Virus record (IMG/VR): IMGVR_UViG_3300042275_000327 | Coordinates: 1 to 64,000 of that record | Length of the DNA stretch: 64,000 bases | Strand: one strand, 5' to 3' | DNA from: a virus | Lineage: Duplodnaviria > Caudoviricetes | Shown here: positions 1 to 8,918 of the stretch, piece after piece | Numbering within the stretch: the stretch's first letter is position 1 | Layout: every line of letters begins with the position of its first letter | The notes under the pieces: model-generated | The model's database searches: none | The model's input: only the letters and a program-made list of their open reading frames with translations | Told to the model about the DNA's origin: nothing | Program-made: the position numbers and the translations under genes

Positions 1-123
1 GCGAAAGCAGACCAACCTTGGCTTGTTGTACACAAGAAAAACAGAAGCAAACCAATTGTGATTTTGGATGCAGAAGAATTTTTTAAAATTTATAAAAAAA
101 CATTAGAGAGGAAAAAGAAATGA
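1..123 (+). CDS. 3' end of a putative Holliday-junction resolvase/PD-(D/E)xK nuclease (partial)
   Basis: Frame 1 reads ...QPWLVVHKKNRSKPIVILDAEEFFKIY...*, resembling the C-terminus of phage archaeal-type resolvases; its TGA overlaps the next ATG. Confidence 0.45.
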   Translation, partial: AKADQPWLVVHKKNRSKPIVILDAEEFFKIYKKTLERKKK

Positions 124-632
124 AAAAATTGATGATCGTATTGTTGTGTATTGGAGGGATGTTGTTTGGTGCTGAACAGGCAAGCACATCATTCAACGTA
201 AATCTAAAAATCGATCCTGTACATCAGATCAAGATTCTTAAAGAGACACCAGCAAATGTTGATGTGTTCGATACAGCAACGACATTGACTGGTCATACAT
301 TCACTGAACTTGCAACAAGTGTATCTGATTACAAGATGGTTGTGAAAACAAATAACAAAAGTCATGTATCTATTGATGTAATTGTAGAAAATATGAAGAG
401 TACAGGGATTACCAGTGAGATTGCATACACAATTGTATCTGGCACAAATGAGGTAACATCTGCAAGTACAGAGGTTACTGACGAGCTTTTCAGTGAAGCT
501 ATTCCTTTGTCAAATAACGGTATGCGCTTGCTTGTGCAACCTTTTACCATTACATTAGATAGTACAGATATTGACAAGGCCACAGCCGCAACATATATAT
601 CTGACATTGTATTTAAAGTTATCGCTCCTTGA
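120..632 (+). CDS. Secreted beta-sandwich protein, fimbrial-subunit-like
   Basis: Signal peptide MKKLMIVLLCIGGMLFGA; Thr/Val-rich; C-terminal ATAATYISDIVFKV strand resembles pilin/WxL-like subunits. Confidence 0.5.
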   Translation: MKKLMIVLLCIGGMLFGAEQASTSFNVNLKIDPVHQIKILKETPANVDVFDTATTLTGHTFTELATSVSDYKMVVKTNNKSHVSIDVIVENMKSTGITSEIAYTIVSGTNEVTSASTEVTDELFSEAIPLSNNGMRLLVQPFTITLDSTDIDKATAATYISDIVFKVIAP

Positions 633-670
633 TACCTTATTTTCTAGTGTTCATTTTTATCCTCCTTTTT

Positions 671-710
671 GGAGCTCTAAGTTGAAAAATTTAGAGCTCC
701 TTTTATTTTT
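671..710 (+). terminator. Rho-independent terminator
   Basis: Stem GGAGCTCTAA/TTAGAGCTCC followed by TTTTATTTTT. Confidence 0.8.
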
Positions 711-731
711 GAAAAAAGATTAAAATTTTTA

Positions 732-760
732 TTTACATAATAAAGATTATAGTATATACT
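732..760 (+). promoter_or_regulatory. Sigma70-like early promoter (class I)
   Basis: TTTACA-N17-TATACT with upstream A/T tracts and a downstream GAGGAG RBS. Confidence 0.75.
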
Positions 761-791
761 TTAATTAAGTTAAAGAAGAGGAGATTCAAAG

Positions 792-1028
792 ATGACTAAA
801 TTAGAAAGAATTGACAAACAAATAAAAGAGCAAATCGGGGATTTCTCTTTCACCAAAATTGAAGAAAGCTACAAAGATTTCTCAATTGATCAGCTGAAAG
901 CTGGAATTCTCAAACTGAAGAAAGAAGGAAAGCTGGAAGATCCAGAATTAACAAAGATGATGGATACTTTTGAAGCAAAAAACGAAAAAGCCTTTTTCAA
1001 GTTTTTAAATAAATCTTTTTACTGCTAG
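792..1028 (+). CDS. Hypothetical early protein
   Basis: GAGGAG RBS; first gene after the promoter. Confidence 0.7.
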   Translation: MTKLERIDKQIKEQIGDFSFTKIEESYKDFSIDQLKAGILKLKKEGKLEDPELTKMMDTFEAKNEKAFFKFLNKSFYC

Positions 1029-1046
1029 AATAGGAGATATTCAAAG

Positions 1047-1229
1047 ATGAATGACAGAGAAAAATGCCAAGAAATTGCAGAAGCTGAAAAAGGCTGTGGG
1101 AAGGTCAGTTTTTCGTGTGAAGAATGTCCTTTAATGATAGAAGATTCTAAATATCATTGTGGTAATTTTACAAGCAGCAAAAGAGCAGCTATAGCCTTTT
1201 TAGAAGATAATAAGGAGATTCAAAAATGA
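1047..1229 (+). CDS. Small Cys-rich hypothetical protein
   Basis: AGGAG RBS; KGCxxV..C..CPL motif shared with 4135..4389. Confidence 0.65.
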   Translation: MNDREKCQEIAEAEKGCGKVSFSCEECPLMIEDSKYHCGNFTSSKRAAIAFLEDNKEIQK

Positions 1230-1447
1230 AATACTACATTGAAAAAACAGTAAGAAGTCTTCCAAGAATTGGACATGAAAATGGGATTGTCACTCAGTTT
1301 TATCTGACAGCTCTTGGATTTGATACAGACAAGAGTGAGTGTGTCTATTTCAACTCTACTCAAGCAGAAGCAATCTGTAATACTCTACAAGAAATTCCTA
1401 CTGAAGAACAAGTAGAATTCAGGTATTATCCTGAAAAAAATTGTTAA
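1226..1447 (+). CDS. Hypothetical protein
   Basis: AAGGAG RBS, ATGA overlap. Confidence 0.65.
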   Translation: MKYYIEKTVRSLPRIGHENGIVTQFYLTALGFDTDKSECVYFNSTQAEAICNTLQEIPTEEQVEFRYYPEKNC

Positions 1448-1460
1448 AATCAAGTATACT
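1432..1460 (+). promoter_or_regulatory. Class II promoter-like site
   Basis: TGAAAA-N17-TATACT. Confidence 0.5.
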
Positions 1461-1481
1461 CTAATTATAGGAGATTCAAAA

Positions 1482-1868
1482 ATGGATATGGATAAAACAA
1501 GAGAAACAAGAATAAAGATTGAAAGAGCTATCGGCGAAGCTCTGATTGATTGGACTGAGAAAGAGAATCCAAAATTATCCAGAGATGAAGTCATGGAAGA
1601 TTCTATTAAGAATATTAATTCTTGGGAAGTCAAAGGGTCAAATCTTTCAGAAGATGAAGATGGAGTTTTAAAATATACTCTCATTGTTGAAAGACCTGGA
1701 TTAGTGATTGGATCAATGGGAAAACAGATCAAATTCTTGATTAAGCGTTCAAAAGAAATTCTTGGATTTGATTATGAACTTCATCTCAATGAACAAAAAA
1801 GATCTCATTTATATGATGTTATGGATGGATGGTTTTCTATGAGAATGCTTCAGGAGGGAATACTGTGA
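1482..1868 (+). CDS. Type II KH-domain protein, ribosomal protein S3-like
   Basis: YTLIVERPGLVIGSMGKQIKFL resembles the S3 KH segment ([14 protein letters not shown]) and has a GxxG loop. Confidence 0.65.
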   Translation: MDMDKTRETRIKIERAIGEALIDWTEKENPKLSRDEVMEDSIKNINSWEVKGSNLSEDEDGVLKYTLIVERPGLVIGSMGKQIKFLIKRSKEILGFDYELHLNEQKRSHLYDVMDGWFSMRMLQEGIL

Positions 1869-2350
1869 GATATCCAATAGAAGAATATGAAATTTTGTAC
1901 AAGGGAACAAATTATGATATGACTTGTAGAGGTCTACAATATACCATGGATAGAGAGCATGTTCATTATGGGGATATTGGTATTTGCTATAGTGGATTTC
2001 ATGCTTGTAGAAATCCTCAAAATGTTTCAGCATTTTATCCTGTTCTCACTGAAAATTGTAGGATATTCAAAATTCTTGGACATGTTGTTTCAGAATTCAA
2101 AGGTTTTAGTGGATATCCAAAAGTAGTTTGTGACTCTATCAAATTTTTAGAAGAAATTACAATTACAGATTTAATAGATGTTCTTGATAACAAGAAGATT
2201 GATGATCCTCTTTATAAGCTTGCACATAGTCTTGAATTTAGAATAGACAAAATGAGAGAATATAAAGAGAAAAAAAAACATATGAAGAAAAGGTATCCTG
2301 GTTCCTTAGAAGAATCTGGGCAACAAAATACTATACAATCAATCAGATGA
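1865..2350 (+). CDS. Conserved phage protein with GFHAC motif
   Basis: YKG...CRGLQY...CYSGFHACRNP motif; likely GTG start at 1865 after GGAGG. Confidence 0.55.
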   Translation: MRYPIEEYEILYKGTNYDMTCRGLQYTMDREHVHYGDIGICYSGFHACRNPQNVSAFYPVLTENCRIFKILGHVVSEFKGFSGYPKVVCDSIKFLEEITITDLIDVLDNKKIDDPLYKLAHSLEFRIDKMREYKEKKKHMKKRYPGSLEESGQQNTIQSIR

Positions 2351-2571
2351 AAAAATTCATTGATTATATAGACTCTTTAGATGATACACATCTTTTTCAT
2401 TTTTTATCTGCTGGCTGGGGTTATTCTCTAGATGATATCAGGAGTTTACCAAGAGAATTTAAATTTTTAGGAAAAAAATCTCATACTTATCCAGATTCTA
2501 GTGATTCTTATGAATATTGGTATGAGAAACAATCCAAAAAACTCAATAGAAAAAGGAAGACTCAAAAATGA
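2347..2571 (+). CDS. Hypothetical protein
   Basis: ORF with ATGA overlaps on both sides. Confidence 0.6.
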   Translation: MKKFIDYIDSLDDTHLFHFLSAGWGYSLDDIRSLPREFKFLGKKSHTYPDSSDSYEYWYEKQSKKLNRKRKTQK

Positions 2572-3620
2572 AGAATGAATTTTCTATAATTGAAGATAAA
2601 GAAACAAAATTTCTATTTTCAGAAGAAGCAAATTATGCTTTCAACAAAGAGACTGGATATATGGAATCTTGGGGAAGAACTCGAGAAGACAATCCTGTGA
2701 AGTTTCCTGCTCCAACAATTCTCGATTTTGAGGTCACTACCAAGTGCACTGGAGTTGGGGGAGTACTTTGCCCATTCTGCTATAAGGCAAATAATCCAAA
2801 TGGAAAGAATCTTTCTTTTGAGAATTTCAAAAAGATTTTTGATAAGCTTCCAAGATCTATCACTCAGATTGCTTTTGGAGCAGACTCTAAATGTATGACA
2901 AATCCTGATATTTGGGACATGATGCTTTATGCAAAAGATAAAGGAGTCATTCCTAATATCACAGTAGCAGAATTAGATAAAGAGACAGCTTGTAAACTTG
3001 CTTCTATTTGTGGAGCTGTTGCAGTCTCGAGATATCACAACCCAGACATTTGTTATAATTCTGTAAAATATCTTGCAGATTGTGGATTGAAGCAAGTCAA
3101 TATTCATTATATGATTGCAGAGGAGACTTATGATAGAGCAGTACAGACAATCAAGGATGCAGCTACAGACGAAAGATTGAAAGATTTGAATGCTATTGTG
3201 TTCTTGAGTCTAAAAACCAAAGGTAGAGGAGAGCACTTTCATCCTCTATCACAAGCTAAATTTGACTCTCTGGTAAATCTTTGCAATGAACTTAATATAT
3301 CATATGGTTTTGACAGTTGCAGCTCTCTGAAATATTTCAGGAGTCTCTCTGATAAAGAATACAAGCTTTACTCAGGTTATGTTCAACCTTGTGAGTCTAC
3401 TCTAGAAAGTTCATACATTAATGTAGATGGAGAATTCTTTCCTTGTTCATTTACTGAAGGAACTCAAGGATGGGAAAAAGGAATCTCAGTTCTAGACTGT
3501 GACAATTTTGTAGATGATGTTTGGAACAATCCTAGAACAGAAGAGTTCAGAAATAGACTTCTTGGTTCTACCTGTAAAAACAGATTTGGATGTCGTGAAT
3601 GTCCAATATATACAATCTAA
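2568..3620 (+). CDS. Radical SAM enzyme with C-terminal SPASM/Twitch-type domain
   Basis: DFEVTTKCTGVGGVLCPFCY (Cx7Cx2C); C-terminal PCES...YINVDGEFFPCSF...CRECP. Confidence 0.85.
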   Translation: MKNEFSIIEDKETKFLFSEEANYAFNKETGYMESWGRTREDNPVKFPAPTILDFEVTTKCTGVGGVLCPFCYKANNPNGKNLSFENFKKIFDKLPRSITQIAFGADSKCMTNPDIWDMMLYAKDKGVIPNITVAELDKETACKLASICGAVAVSRYHNPDICYNSVKYLADCGLKQVNIHYMIAEETYDRAVQTIKDAATDERLKDLNAIVFLSLKTKGRGEHFHPLSQAKFDSLVNLCNELNISYGFDSCSSLKYFRSLSDKEYKLYSGYVQPCESTLESSYINVDGEFFPCSFTEGTQGWEKGISVLDCDNFVDDVWNNPRTEEFRNRLLGSTCKNRFGCRECPIYTI

Positions 3621-3635
3621 ATGGAGAAAAAATAA

Positions 3636-3950
3636 ATGCTTTCAAACAATCTTGAATTTAAAGAGTCTGAAGTTTCTAATGACACTCTGATTTTGGTAAA
3701 TGGTTCTATTGTAGGAGATTTTAATACTGATGGAAGAGTTAGATTTTTTGGATCTTCTACCTCTATTACTCTTCTAGCATATGAGAATCTCAAGGATATC
3801 TGTAATAAGATAGAAGAAAATATCAGAATCCAAATAGAAAACGATTGGAATGAGTGTGATGACTGGCAGGAGAATGAAGCTTTCTTTGATGATCTAGGAG
3901 AAGATGAAGAAGAGGATTTTGTCTTCGATCCTGATGATACTTTTTTCTAA
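3636..3950 (+). CDS. Hypothetical protein with acidic C-terminal tail
   Basis: GGAG RBS; tail DDLGEDEEEDFVFDPDDTFF. Confidence 0.65.
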   Translation: MLSNNLEFKESEVSNDTLILVNGSIVGDFNTDGRVRFFGSSTSITLLAYENLKDICNKIEENIRIQIENDWNECDDWQENEAFFDDLGEDEEEDFVFDPDDTFF

Positions 3951-3961
3951 GGAGAACAAAA

Positions 3962-4138
3962 ATGATCTTTAAGCATGAACCAACAGGATATTATGTAGAA
4001 GCAGAAAGTCCTTTGAAAGCAAAGTATATTCTTCAAAAAGAAGTAAGAAAAGATTTTCATTCCATAGATTTTAAAAGAGTAGAATCTGTTCCTTTTATGT
4101 CTATTTCAAAATTTATCAATAGAAGGAGATCTAATTGA
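3962..4138 (+). CDS. Small hypothetical protein (58 aa, not in ORF track)
   Basis: AAGGAG RBS; MIFKHEPTGYYVEAE...; fills the gap between neighbouring genes. Confidence 0.55.
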   Translation: MIFKHEPTGYYVEAESPLKAKYILQKEVRKDFHSIDFKRVESVPFMSISKFINRRRSN

Positions 4139-4389
4139 CACAAAGAAAATTGATTCAGTCTATCATAAAGAGAAAAGGAAATTGTTCTCATGTTAACTGT
4201 GATGGAGGAAGTTATATTCCAGAGAAGTTTGGAAGAGAGATCTTGGAACCTTTAGAAGATTTTTCAAATCTAGGAGTTCCTTGTCCTTTGTATGATCAAT
4301 GCTCAAATGACTCTGATCAAAAAGATGTTCTGCTTATGGCAAAAGTATATATGAAAAAACTAAAGAAGGAAAAGAAAAAGGATGATTAG
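4135..4389 (+). CDS. Cys-rich hypothetical protein
   Basis: AAGGAG RBS with TTG start; KGNCSHVNC...CPL. Confidence 0.6.
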   Translation: MTQRKLIQSIIKRKGNCSHVNCDGGSYIPEKFGREILEPLEDFSNLGVPCPLYDQCSNDSDQKDVLLMAKVYMKKLKKEKKKDD

Positions 4390-4561
4390 TGAGCAAGAGG
4401 CTGAAAGATTTGCTGAAGAGTATATAGCTGAAACAGCTACTTTTTATCAAATTCCAAAAGAGTATATTGCAGATGATGAAGTAAAAGCTAATCTAAAAGA
4501 CTTCTTTATGAAGTTTATGAATAAGGAGAAAGACAATGAAGAAGAGAATGGGATTTGTTAG
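4382..4561 (+). CDS. Small acidic hypothetical protein (59 aa, not in ORF track)
   Basis: MISEQEAERFAEEYIAE...; overlaps the preceding stop. Confidence 0.5.
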   Translation: MISEQEAERFAEEYIAETATFYQIPKEYIADDEVKANLKDFFMKFMNKEKDNEEENGIC

Positions 4562-4619
4562 TAACAGCAGTTCAAGTAGTTTTTGTATTCTAGGAATTCC
4601 TTTTGGGAGAGAAGTCTAA
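4536..4619 (+). CDS. 27-aa GFVSNSSSSSF-motif peptide (family member 1)
   Basis: AAGGAG RBS then MKKRMGFVSNSSSSSFCILGIPFGREV*. Confidence 0.7.
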   Translation: MKKRMGFVSNSSSSSFCILGIPFGREV

Positions 4620-4629
4620 AATCTTTTTC

Positions 4630-4658
4630 TGAAAAATAGAAAAGATTTTTAATATACT
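4630..4658 (+). promoter_or_regulatory. Class II promoter-like site
   Basis: TGAAAA-N17-TATACT. Confidence 0.55.
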
Positions 4659-4683
4659 GTAGATATAAAGGAGAAAAACAAAG

Positions 4684-5127
4684 ATGTATTCACAAAGTAT
4701 AAGACTTGATCAGTTGTGCTATTTCAGTGAAATCAATTCAGAAAGAATTGACTATTTGTTTGAAGAAGCAAAAACTGTGGATTTAGATTTTGAATGGAAT
4801 TATAAGCTGTCTCTTAAGAATGAGCACTTTCATCTAAAGAAAGGATTTTATTATCTTCTTATGACTTTCTTTCTGACTTCTATCTCTTTCTTTATTCCTA
4901 TAAATCTTTTTGTAGTTTATCTAGTGTCTTTGTTTTTATGTATACTTGCTACAGAACAGATGTTTCTTTCTAATTGTTATACAAAGAAGACAAGAGAAGC
5001 TATAAATCTTTTTGAGACTGTCTCTAATAAGATATATAAAGAGATAGGATCTCTCATTCGAGACAATGATAGAATCATAGAAGAAATGAGAGAAATTCTA
5101 GAAGGATGGCCAGAAAATGAAAAGTAG
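4684..5127 (+). CDS. Membrane protein (2 TM)
   Basis: AAGGAG RBS; hydrophobic stretch FYYLLMTFFL...LFLCILA. Confidence 0.65.
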   Translation: MYSQSIRLDQLCYFSEINSERIDYLFEEAKTVDLDFEWNYKLSLKNEHFHLKKGFYYLLMTFFLTSISFFIPINLFVVYLVSLFLCILATEQMFLSNCYTKKTREAINLFETVSNKIYKEIGSLIRDNDRIIEEMREILEGWPENEK

Positions 5128-5632
5128 ACTAGGGTTTGTAAGTAATAGCTCTTCTTCCTCTTTTATTGTTGCTTTTGAAAAGCCAATAGAAAGATATAAA
5201 GAAGAAGAGTTGAAACTATTGTTGTTTAGAACAACTGATCCTGTGATTAAAGGATATTATGATGATTTAAGTACAGATGAACTTCTTAAATGTGCTCTAC
5301 AGAATGCTCAGGAAGTCTCTCTTAATGAAGATCTATCTTTTAGATTTCCTGAGGAAGATGAAGAGAGCTTCTATTTTCCTAAGGATTATTGGGATGCTAC
5401 TGAAACTCTAAAAGCTCAGGGATTTGATGAATACAGTAAAAAGATTGAAGAAGAGATGATACGAACAGCTAAAGAAAAGACAAGAGATCTTCTTAAAGAA
5501 GTTAGGAAAAGAAAATATGTTCCAGCTTATTATTACTTTTATTTTTCAGATAATGATGGGTCAGTATATAGCTATTTGGAACATGAAGGAATCTTTGAAA
5601 GACTTCCTTATCTGATGGAGAATAACCACTAG
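5117..5632 (+). CDS. GFVSNSSSSSF-motif protein (member 2)
   Basis: N-terminus MKSRLGFVSNSSSSSFIV. Confidence 0.85.
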   Translation: MKSRLGFVSNSSSSSFIVAFEKPIERYKEEELKLLLFRTTDPVIKGYYDDLSTDELLKCALQNAQEVSLNEDLSFRFPEEDEESFYFPKDYWDATETLKAQGFDEYSKKIEEEMIRTAKEKTRDLLKEVRKRKYVPAYYYFYFSDNDGSVYSYLEHEGIFERLPYLMENNH

Positions 5633-5633
5633 A

Positions 5634-6080
5634 ATGAAAAAGAGAAATGGTTTTGTGAGCAATAGTTCTTCTTCCTCTTTTATCATAAGAGCAGACTGTC
5701 TTAGAGATGACAATCCTTATGATTCAATGGAAGAAACAGAACTTGAAATAAAGTTTTTCAAAGAAAAAGGGTATCTACCAAAAGACTATCAACCTATTAT
5801 AGGAGAAAAAGCTCTTCAAGAAGAAATAGAAAAAATAAGAGAAAAAATTGAAGATTTAGATGTAAACTATTATTGGGACTTTGAATACTATAAGGGGTAT
5901 CTTTTGTTTTCCACTACTATGGACAACTTTGATATTATGGAATATCTAGAAACAATATATGGAAAGAGAAAAATTCGAAAAGCATTGGAAATCTTTCCTC
6001 ATAATGGATACAGAGAGGAATTAGGAATTTCTGGACTAAGAAATATGATAGACAAGTATTTTTATCCAATAGGGGATTAA
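5634..6080 (+). CDS. GFVSNSSSSSF-motif protein (member 3)
   Basis: N-terminus MKKRNGFVSNSSSSSFII. Confidence 0.85.
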   Translation: MKKRNGFVSNSSSSSFIIRADCLRDDNPYDSMEETELEIKFFKEKGYLPKDYQPIIGEKALQEEIEKIREKIEDLDVNYYWDFEYYKGYLLFSTTMDNFDIMEYLETIYGKRKIRKALEIFPHNGYREELGISGLRNMIDKYFYPIGD

Positions 6081-6083
6081 GAA

Positions 6084-6686
6084 ATGAAAATCAGAAATGG
6101 GTTTGTAAGTAACAGCAGCTCTTCTTCTTTTATTGTTATCTATGATAATATATGTGAAGAAACAGATTTATTCAGTACAGATGACTCAAAAGAAGATATA
6201 TGTAGGAAAATAGAAGAAGAATATCTTGATGATCCAAATTTTGTTTTTGTCTTTTTTCAAGGGACTTCAGGAGAATGTGCACCAATGCTCATTGAGCCTA
6301 ATGATGAGATAAAAATGTTCATCAAAGACAAAAAACTTTTTTCAGACAATAATGTATTCATACGACTTATTAAATCAGTATATATTCTAAAAAGTAAAAT
6401 AGCTCCAGATAATGTTTCTTTAGATACAGTCTATGATTGTACATCTTTTTTGAATAGTTTGGACAGTCAATTAAATTCATGCTCAATTCAATTCAGCAAT
6501 TTTGATAATTCATCTATTCATAAAGATGATCCATTAGCTCTAGAAAAGTTTGTCTCTTATTTAGAGATTAGACATGTTTTTGATCCAGATTATCAAAGAT
6601 TTGGATTTATATCAGAAACTGAATTTAATACTATGGACGAAGATATCCAAGAATACTATCGTTATCTTGCAGGAGAAATAAAATGA
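6084..6686 (+). CDS. GFVSNSSSSSF-motif protein (member 4)
   Basis: N-terminus MKIRNGFVSNSSSSSFIV. Confidence 0.85.
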   Translation: MKIRNGFVSNSSSSSFIVIYDNICEETDLFSTDDSKEDICRKIEEEYLDDPNFVFVFFQGTSGECAPMLIEPNDEIKMFIKDKKLFSDNNVFIRLIKSVYILKSKIAPDNVSLDTVYDCTSFLNSLDSQLNSCSIQFSNFDNSSIHKDDPLALEKFVSYLEIRHVFDPDYQRFGFISETEFNTMDEDIQEYYRYLAGEIK

Positions 6687-7162
6687 AGAAAAGAATAGGA
6701 TTTGTAAGCAACAGCTCCAGCAGCTCCTTTATTATAGGAGTTGCAAAAGTTCTTGACGAAGAAAAGTTGAAAGAAGATCTTTATGATATAGATGATTGTA
6801 AGATTATTTCAAAGAAATCTCTAGAAGCTTATCTTCTCAGAAATTCTGATGGTAGAGCGATTCCTCTTGAAGGATCAGATCTAGCAGGTCTAAAAGCTCC
6901 TACAAATGATGAAGAGCCTTGTTATTTTGAAGTTGATCAATTAGAAGATGATGATAAAATTCTTCTTGTCAACATAGGACATGGAGAAGATGATGGTCCA
7001 TTCTATAAAGAAGGATTCTATGGTCTAGATTATTCTATTGTGAATGAGGAATATTTTAAGACTAATTTTCCTGATTCTTACAAGATGTTGGAGTACTTGA
7101 AAGGAAAAGATGGAATTACTGAGAGGATGTCTTATCGATTTGGAGTTTCCAGAAATGGATAA
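6683..7162 (+). CDS. GFVSNSSSSSF-motif protein (member 5)
   Basis: N-terminus MKKRIGFVSNSSSSSFII. Confidence 0.85.
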   Translation: MKKRIGFVSNSSSSSFIIGVAKVLDEEKLKEDLYDIDDCKIISKKSLEAYLLRNSDGRAIPLEGSDLAGLKAPTNDEEPCYFEVDQLEDDDKILLVNIGHGEDDGPFYKEGFYGLDYSIVNEEYFKTNFPDSYKMLEYLKGKDGITERMSYRFGVSRNG

Positions 7163-7171
7163 GGAGAAAAA

Positions 7172-7801
7172 ATGTTAACTACAATGCATGCTTTTCTAGA
7201 AAGGAAAAACAATAAAGGAAAATGGGAATCATTAGATAAATGGTCTTATCAAGATGTTGATGGAAAAAGACAGTACTACATTTCCAAATATGATTCAACT
7301 TTTTATGGAGATGACAATGAGTTTTCAATGTTGTTTGGAGGTAGAAAAGATGAGGACAATTCTCCAATCATAGAATTGAGAGGACTTCCTGATGATATTT
7401 CATGGCAAGTAAAAAATTGTTATTCTCATTGGAAAAATGATGCTCATTCTCCATCTTGGTTTCTGTTATCAGAGTTGAAAGATTTTGATTGGGAAAAGAA
7501 ATATAAGAAAAAAGGTTTTCTTGATATTCGAGGATATGAACTTCTGATGAATGGAGATTATCCTTGGTATACATTCAATCCAAATTGGTATTCTCCAATA
7601 AAAGAATGCAAAGAAATTTCTGAAGAAGAAATGAAGAAAGTTTTAGAAACAAATGAAGAGAATGATGTGATTCTTTATTGTAAAACAATGTGGGAACAGC
7701 CTTATAAGAGTCTCTTTCCTTATCTTCTTGGACTAATTGAGAAACTTAAACAAAAAGGCTCTTTGGACTCTATGAGAATAGTCTATTGGTTTGATAATTA
7801 G
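7172..7801 (+). CDS. Conserved phage hypothetical protein
   Basis: RGLPDD...AHSPSWFLLSEL...RIVYWFDN motif pattern; AAGGAG RBS. Confidence 0.7.
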   Translation: MLTTMHAFLERKNNKGKWESLDKWSYQDVDGKRQYYISKYDSTFYGDDNEFSMLFGGRKDEDNSPIIELRGLPDDISWQVKNCYSHWKNDAHSPSWFLLSELKDFDWEKKYKKKGFLDIRGYELLMNGDYPWYTFNPNWYSPIKECKEISEEEMKKVLETNEENDVILYCKTMWEQPYKSLFPYLLGLIEKLKQKGSLDSMRIVYWFDN

Positions 7802-7813
7802 GAGTGTCCAAAA

Positions 7814-8071
7814 ATGAAGAAATTTGAAGCAGGAAATTATGTTCGATTTGAGTCAGGATGTTCTAGAGACAATCAGATTTTTCATGGAAAAGTTCTAGAA
7901 GAAGTTTCAGACACAGAAGTATTAATTCTTTGGGATGACTTCAGATTGTCAATTATGGATATAGAAGAAGAATATGAATTAAGACATTATGAGCCAGACG
8001 AACAAGAGGCAAAATTTCTTCAAGCATTGGAAGGTATCTATAAAGAATTTGGAGAGGAGGTTTTCAAATGA
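7814..8071 (+). CDS. Hypothetical protein (possible SH3-like barrel)
   Basis: FEAGNYVRF...GKVLE...VLILWD. Confidence 0.55.
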   Translation: MKKFEAGNYVRFESGCSRDNQIFHGKVLEEVSDTEVLILWDDFRLSIMDIEEEYELRHYEPDEQEAKFLQALEGIYKEFGEEVFK

Positions 8072-8373
8072 AAAAGAGAACAGGATTTGTAAGCAATAGT
8101 AGTTCATCTTCTTTTATTGTACATAAGAGTGAGATGACAGATGAAAATTGGGAAAAATTGATGGATCTCCTAGAAAGAATAAAAGAGGAAGAGTTCGACC
8201 ACTGGGGGTTTACTTCTGGATGGAATGATTCTGGAGTTTATTGGTATACTATGAATAATTACATAGAAGTCGCTTGGCATAACTTTCCAAGTGATTACAG
8301 AGAAGAAGTAAAAAGTCTTATTCATGATAGCTATAGATCTTTCAAAGAAAAGGTTTGTTTTGTAGGAGATTAA
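8068..8373 (+). CDS. GFVSNSSSSSF-motif protein (member 6)
   Basis: N-terminus MKKRTGFVSNSSSSSFIV. Confidence 0.85.
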   Translation: MKKRTGFVSNSSSSSFIVHKSEMTDENWEKLMDLLERIKEEEFDHWGFTSGWNDSGVYWYTMNNYIEVAWHNFPSDYREEVKSLIHDSYRSFKEKVCFVGD

Positions 8374-8375
8374 AT

Positions 8376-8918
8376 ATGAAAAAGAGAAATGGTTTTGTAA
8401 GTAATTCTAGTTCTTCTTCTTTTATTATTGTTTCTGATAAAGAAGAAATAGACACTCCATTAGCACTTAATGGAACAATTAAGATTCCTAGAAATGAGAT
8501 GGGAGAAATAGATTTTTCCAGAATAGGAGGATTCTATCAAGACTTTGACTCTAAACTGAATTTTATTGTTCTCCAGGCTCTCTATTCAGATATTCAAGAA
8601 TATATGGATGCTGTACTAGATGTACTGAAAATGAAATTTGGAGATGAAGTCAAATTTGAGATCAATCTCAGAAGAGAATTTTATGATTTCTATGAGGAAA
8701 ACGCTGATGAAAAAGGATTATACTATGGCTCTATAGATCATGATTCTATTGGAGGAGAATTCTACAATATGCTAGAAAGTGCTGCAAATGGAAATACAGA
8801 TGATCTATATAATTTTCTTTTCAAGTCAGAGAGTTATCTCATGATGGGAGAAGACGGATTTGAAGAGTCTAGAGAAGAGCTAGAAAAGAAAGGAAAAGTA
8901 TTTTCTGACTTTCTTTAG
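8376..8918 (+). CDS. GFVSNSSSSSF-motif protein (member 7)
   Basis: Likely start at ATG 8376 after AGGAG: MKKRNGFVSNSSSSSFII. Confidence 0.85.
   Translation: MKKRNGFVSNSSSSSFIIVSDKEEIDTPLALNGTIKIPRNEMGEIDFSRIGGFYQDFDSKLNFIVLQALYSDIQEYMDAVLDVLKMKFGDEVKFEINLRREFYDFYEENADEKGLYYGSIDHDSIGGEFYNMLESAANGNTDDLYNFLFKSESYLMMGEDGFEESREELEKKGKVFSDFL

Noticed and set aside
4536-8430. SNSSSSS-encoding stretches as a DNA repeat, microsatellite or CRISPR-like array
   Set aside because: Nucleotide sequences differ synonymously between copies, spacing is irregular and each copy begins a gene; conservation is at the protein level.
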